Positions 35,501 to 35,865 of a stretch of DNA of 35,865 nt are shown piece by piece (within the stretch, counting starts at the first letter, position 1; every line of letters begins with the position of its first letter). The notes below the pieces were generated by a model. That model was given only the letters and a program-made list of their open reading frames with translations. It searched no databases and was not told where the DNA came from. Source of the DNA: an uncultured Candidatus Saccharibacteria bacterium (GTDB lineage Bacteria; Patescibacteriota; Minisyncoccia; Minisyncoccales; CG1-02-41-26); NCBI GenBank assembly GCA_964399945.1, contig CAYNRT010000001.1, forward strand, positions 1-35,865, read 5' to 3'. A program made the translations under genes and the position numbers.

Positions 35501-35543
35501 GTATAAATTATAGGTTTTTTTATCAGGTTTGTCAAGTGAAATT

Positions 35544-35865
35544 ATGGATAGCTCTAAAAGAGACAAAATGAAATATATCTCTCTTCAAGAGGCGAGCCGT
35601 TTTTGCAAATACTCGCAGGATTATTTGAGTCTGCGAGCACGTCAAGGAAAGTTAAAAGCAAAGAAGCTGGGAAGGAACTGGTTCACGACCAGAAAATGGC
35701 TTGATGAGTATCTAAAAGCGGCTGAAGCGTATAAGAATTTGAATAAAGGGAAACACGGCAAAAAAGAAAAAGAAGAAAAAGAGAAATTAAAATATATTTC
35801 TCTTCAAGAAGCGAGCCGTTTTTGCAAATACTCGCAGGATTATTTGAGTCTGCGAGCACGTCAAG
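35544..35865 (+). CDS. protein with tandem excisionase/MerR-like HTH (HTH_17-type) modules, partial (runs off the right edge)
   Basis: Open frame from ATG 35544: MDSSKRDKMKYISLQEASRFCKYSQDYLSLRARQGKLKAKKLGRNWFTTRKWLDEYLKAAEAYKNLNKGKHGKKEKEEKEKLKYISLQEASRFCKYSQDYLSLRARQ... The pattern (..s..EAa......s..yl..lar.Gkl.a.k.Gr.W.t....l.eY) is the excisionase-type HTH. Absent from the ORF track because it is incomplete. Confidence 0.7.
   Translation, partial: MDSSKRDKMKYISLQEASRFCKYSQDYLSLRARQGKLKAKKLGRNWFTTRKWLDEYLKAAEAYKNLNKGKHGKKEKEEKEKLKYISLQEASRFCKYSQDYLSLRARQ
35571..35646 (+). repeat. copy 1 of a 76-nt near-identical direct repeat inside the HTH gene
   Basis: Differs from copy 2 (35790-35865) at 2 positions, both synonymous (ATC/ATT and GAG/GAA). 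The period is 219 nt, or 73 codons. Confidence 0.9.
35790..35865 (+). repeat. copy 2 of the 76-nt direct repeat (truncated by the window edge)
   Basis: Compared base by base with 35571-35646. Confidence 0.9.

Noticed and set aside
1-35865. Prophage, integrative element, transposon, toxin-antitoxin or known defence-system genes
   Set aside because: I recognised no integrase, transposase, relaxase, capsid, terminase, restriction-modification, Cas or other defence hallmark in any of the six frames. The only accessory-looking loci are the DUF3800 gene and the ATPase cassette, both reported above.

Overview
AT-rich, gene-dense window, mostly + strand and dominated by housekeeping genes. The gene content suggests a small-genome Candidate Phyla Radiation (CPR)/Patescibacteria (Parcubacteria-like) bacterium; this is inference, I cannot run a search. 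Evidence: class III ribonucleotide reductase, a ComEC without the nuclease domain, a sigma-region-4/HARE-HTH protein, HTH-repeat proteins, soluble VirD4-like ATPase pairs, and few Shine-Dalgarno sites. The standard code appears to be in use: TGA ends secD and the second ATPase, and an RF2 gene is present. Gene order: topA' (partial, -), dprA (-), pth (-), lepB, hisS, HIT, rpsU, ybeY, ftsA, ftsZ, nrdD, nrdG, comEC-like, htrA, clpB, DUF3800, about 450 nt of structured non-coding DNA, murB, secA, secD, secF, sigma-r4/HARE-HTH protein, two tandem VirD4/TraD-like ATPases, a 73-aa membrane protein, a 440-aa membrane-anchored unknown, pgk, recJ-like, rnhA, rnpB (-), ftsX (-), ftsE (-), prfB (-), a 640-bp AT-rich spacer with TATCC-core repeats and one perfect DnaA box, then a partial HTH-repeat gene. 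The best candidate for an undescribed system is the four-gene cassette at 23896-28748: two anchor-less coupling-protein-like ATPases plus two membrane proteins, with no other type IV secretion (T4SS) or conjugation genes nearby. Secondary candidates are the DUF3800 insertion with its structured spacer (15506-16591), the repeat-rich spacer at 34900-35543, and the internally duplicated HTH gene at the right edge. No CRISPR array, tRNA, rRNA, transposase or integrase was recognised. All promoter, terminator and RNA-structure calls were made by eye.
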